Assembly (NCBI GenBank): GCA_965217185.1
Contig: OZ244252.1
Location: forward strand, 960,001-1,024,000
Length of the DNA stretch: 64,000 bases
Source of the DNA: an uncultured Candidatus Entotheonella sp.
GTDB taxonomy: Bacteria > Tectomicrobia > Entotheonellia > Entotheonellales > Entotheonellaceae
Reading direction: 5' to 3'
Shown here piece by piece: positions 62,864 to 64,000 of the stretch; position 1 is the stretch's first letter, and every line of letters begins with the position of its first letter. The notes under the pieces are model-generated. The model worked only from the letters and a program-made list of their open reading frames with translations. It did no database searches and was not told the DNA's origin. Both the position numbers and the translations under genes were made by a program.

Positions 62864-62916
62864 AAGAACGCTTGCGTTAAACGGTATTCAATATGTGCAA
62901 GATGGGTACAAACAGG

Positions 62917-62988
62917 AGCCGATGAGAGGAGTTGAACCTCCAACCTGCCGATTACAAATCGGCTGCTCTGCCATTGAGCTACATCGGC
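62917..62988 (-). tRNA. tRNA-Thr(TGT)
   Basis: GCCGATG acceptor, GCCGA-TTTGTAA-TCGGC. Confidence 0.95.
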
Positions 62989-63032
62989 GGAGAGGGCATC
63001 CTCACGCGACAACCAGGAAAGAGCGAAGGGGT

Positions 63033-63061
63033 AAGATAAACAAAATGGTCCCTTGTGTCAA
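63033..63061 (-). promoter_or_regulatory. Sigma70-type promoter of the tRNA-tuf operon
   Basis: TTGACA-17 nt-TATCTT on minus strand, ~45 nt upstream of tRNA-Thr. Confidence 0.6.
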
Positions 63062-63184
63062 TGGATATCTGGTGTAGTTTTCGGACATTGCGTGAATCCT
63101 AATATAAGCGCTGCGCAAACCCATTTCTGGCGGAAGCACGTAACCTTCCAACGCCAAGCCCCCCCGTTGGTCAGCTCCACGCCG

Positions 63185-63952
63185 TCAAGATGTCGAACCG
63201 GCAGCGCACCGTTGTTCCCAAGCATAAGCAAGAACGATGGCGCCTGCTATGGCGACGTTGAGTGAGTTGCTGCCCGGGCGCATCGGTATGCGTACCAAGG
63301 CATCACAACGTTCACGCACGAGCCGTCGCATGCCGCTTCCCTCGGCGCCCAGAACAATTGCGAGGCGTTCCGGCCACTGAACCTGAGCGACCCGCAATTC
63401 TGCTGTCATGCCGGCACCATAAATCCAGAACCCTCGCTGTTTCAGTTCATCAAGCGTATTTGCAATGTTGACCACTCGGACTACTGACACCCGTTCAACC
63501 GCGCCGGACGACCGCTTGGCGACTGCGGATGTCAAAGCAACGGAGCGATTGCGCGGTATTACAATCGTGTCCACACCAAAAGCAACGGCCGACCGTATGA
63601 GAGACGCGAAATTGCCGACATCTGTCACGCCGTCAAGCACCAGAAGCGTTTGAGGCCCTGCGATATCTTCGGTTCGTTCACTTAACTGGCTGAAAGAACC
63701 ATACTCCAACGACTCGACAAGGGCGGCAACCCCCTGATGTCTCGTATGCCCAAGTAACTGGTTCAGTTGTGCCCGATTGGCGAGCTCAAGGGTGATGCCA
63801 CGCTGTTGAGTCAGTGCCAGGATCTGTCGCACTGCGCCACCGCGGCGATGTTCATCGATCACAATTTTCGATACATGCCGTTGCCCATTTTTCAGAGCTC
63901 CGATAACGGCGTGGAAACCGTACAAAGTCTCTTCCGTCATCCCGTCGTCCAC
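63185..63952 (-). CDS. rlmB: 23S rRNA (guanosine-2251-2'-O)-methyltransferase
   Basis: LYGFHAV, HQGVAA, LDGVTDVGN, SSGAVE, LGAEGSGMRRLV, SLNVAIA. Confidence 0.93.
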   Translation of the reverse strand: MDDGMTEETLYGFHAVIGALKNGQRHVSKIVIDEHRRGGAVRQILALTQQRGITLELANRAQLNQLLGHTRHQGVAALVESLEYGSFSQLSERTEDIAGPQTLLVLDGVTDVGNFASLIRSAVAFGVDTIVIPRNRSVALTSAVAKRSSGAVERVSVVRVVNIANTLDELKQRGFWIYGAGMTAELRVAQVQWPERLAIVLGAEGSGMRRLVRERCDALVRIPMRPGSNSLNVAIAGAIVLAYAWEQRCAAGSTS

Positions 63953-64000
63953 GTTAAGAGGGCGCAGCAGTTTGTGACGGCCATACGAGACAAACCGCGT

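Noticed and set aside
63953..64000. Possible 3' end of an upstream gene (one minus-strand frame reads AVCLVWPSQTAAPS-stop, faintly IspF-like)
   Set aside because: Too short to support a call.

Overview
Bacterial chromosomal window with no rRNA, CRISPR array or intact mobile element. Gene order and protein features suggest a deltaproteobacteria-like, Nitrospinae/Tectomicrobia-type organism; this is inference and was not checked. The left ~16.6 kb is a GC-rich accessory metabolic region: family III CoA-transferase, ThDP enzyme, HpcH aldolase, trmL, aat, apaH, a fused ETF, enoyl-CoA hydratase, meaB, a stand-alone B12-binding subunit, an enolase-superfamily dehydratase and an archaeal-type GAPDH homologue. 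The main result is two selenoprotein genes that the ORF track splits at in-frame UGA codons. One is a GrdB/PrdB-like protein (6610-7806, U-P-L-C); the other is a UGSC-family protein (12637-12086, U-G-S-C). Each UGA is followed 10-11 nt downstream by a SECIS-like hairpin with GUG in the loop. The two genes lie in convergent operons together with the ETF fusion, MeaB and the B12-binding subunit. The middle holds ftsH, rpsU-mutS2-dnaG-rpoD-tRNA(CAT), a Zn-ribbon protein, CcmH/DsbD-like genes and a frameshifted TPR gene. The right ~34 kb is the minus-strand tRNA-tuf-rpmG-secE-nusG-rplKAJL-rpoBC-str-S10-spc-alpha supercluster. It has two apparently identical tuf copies, no adk, and an RpoB insertion resembling a Cys-less copy of the RpoC zinc ribbon.
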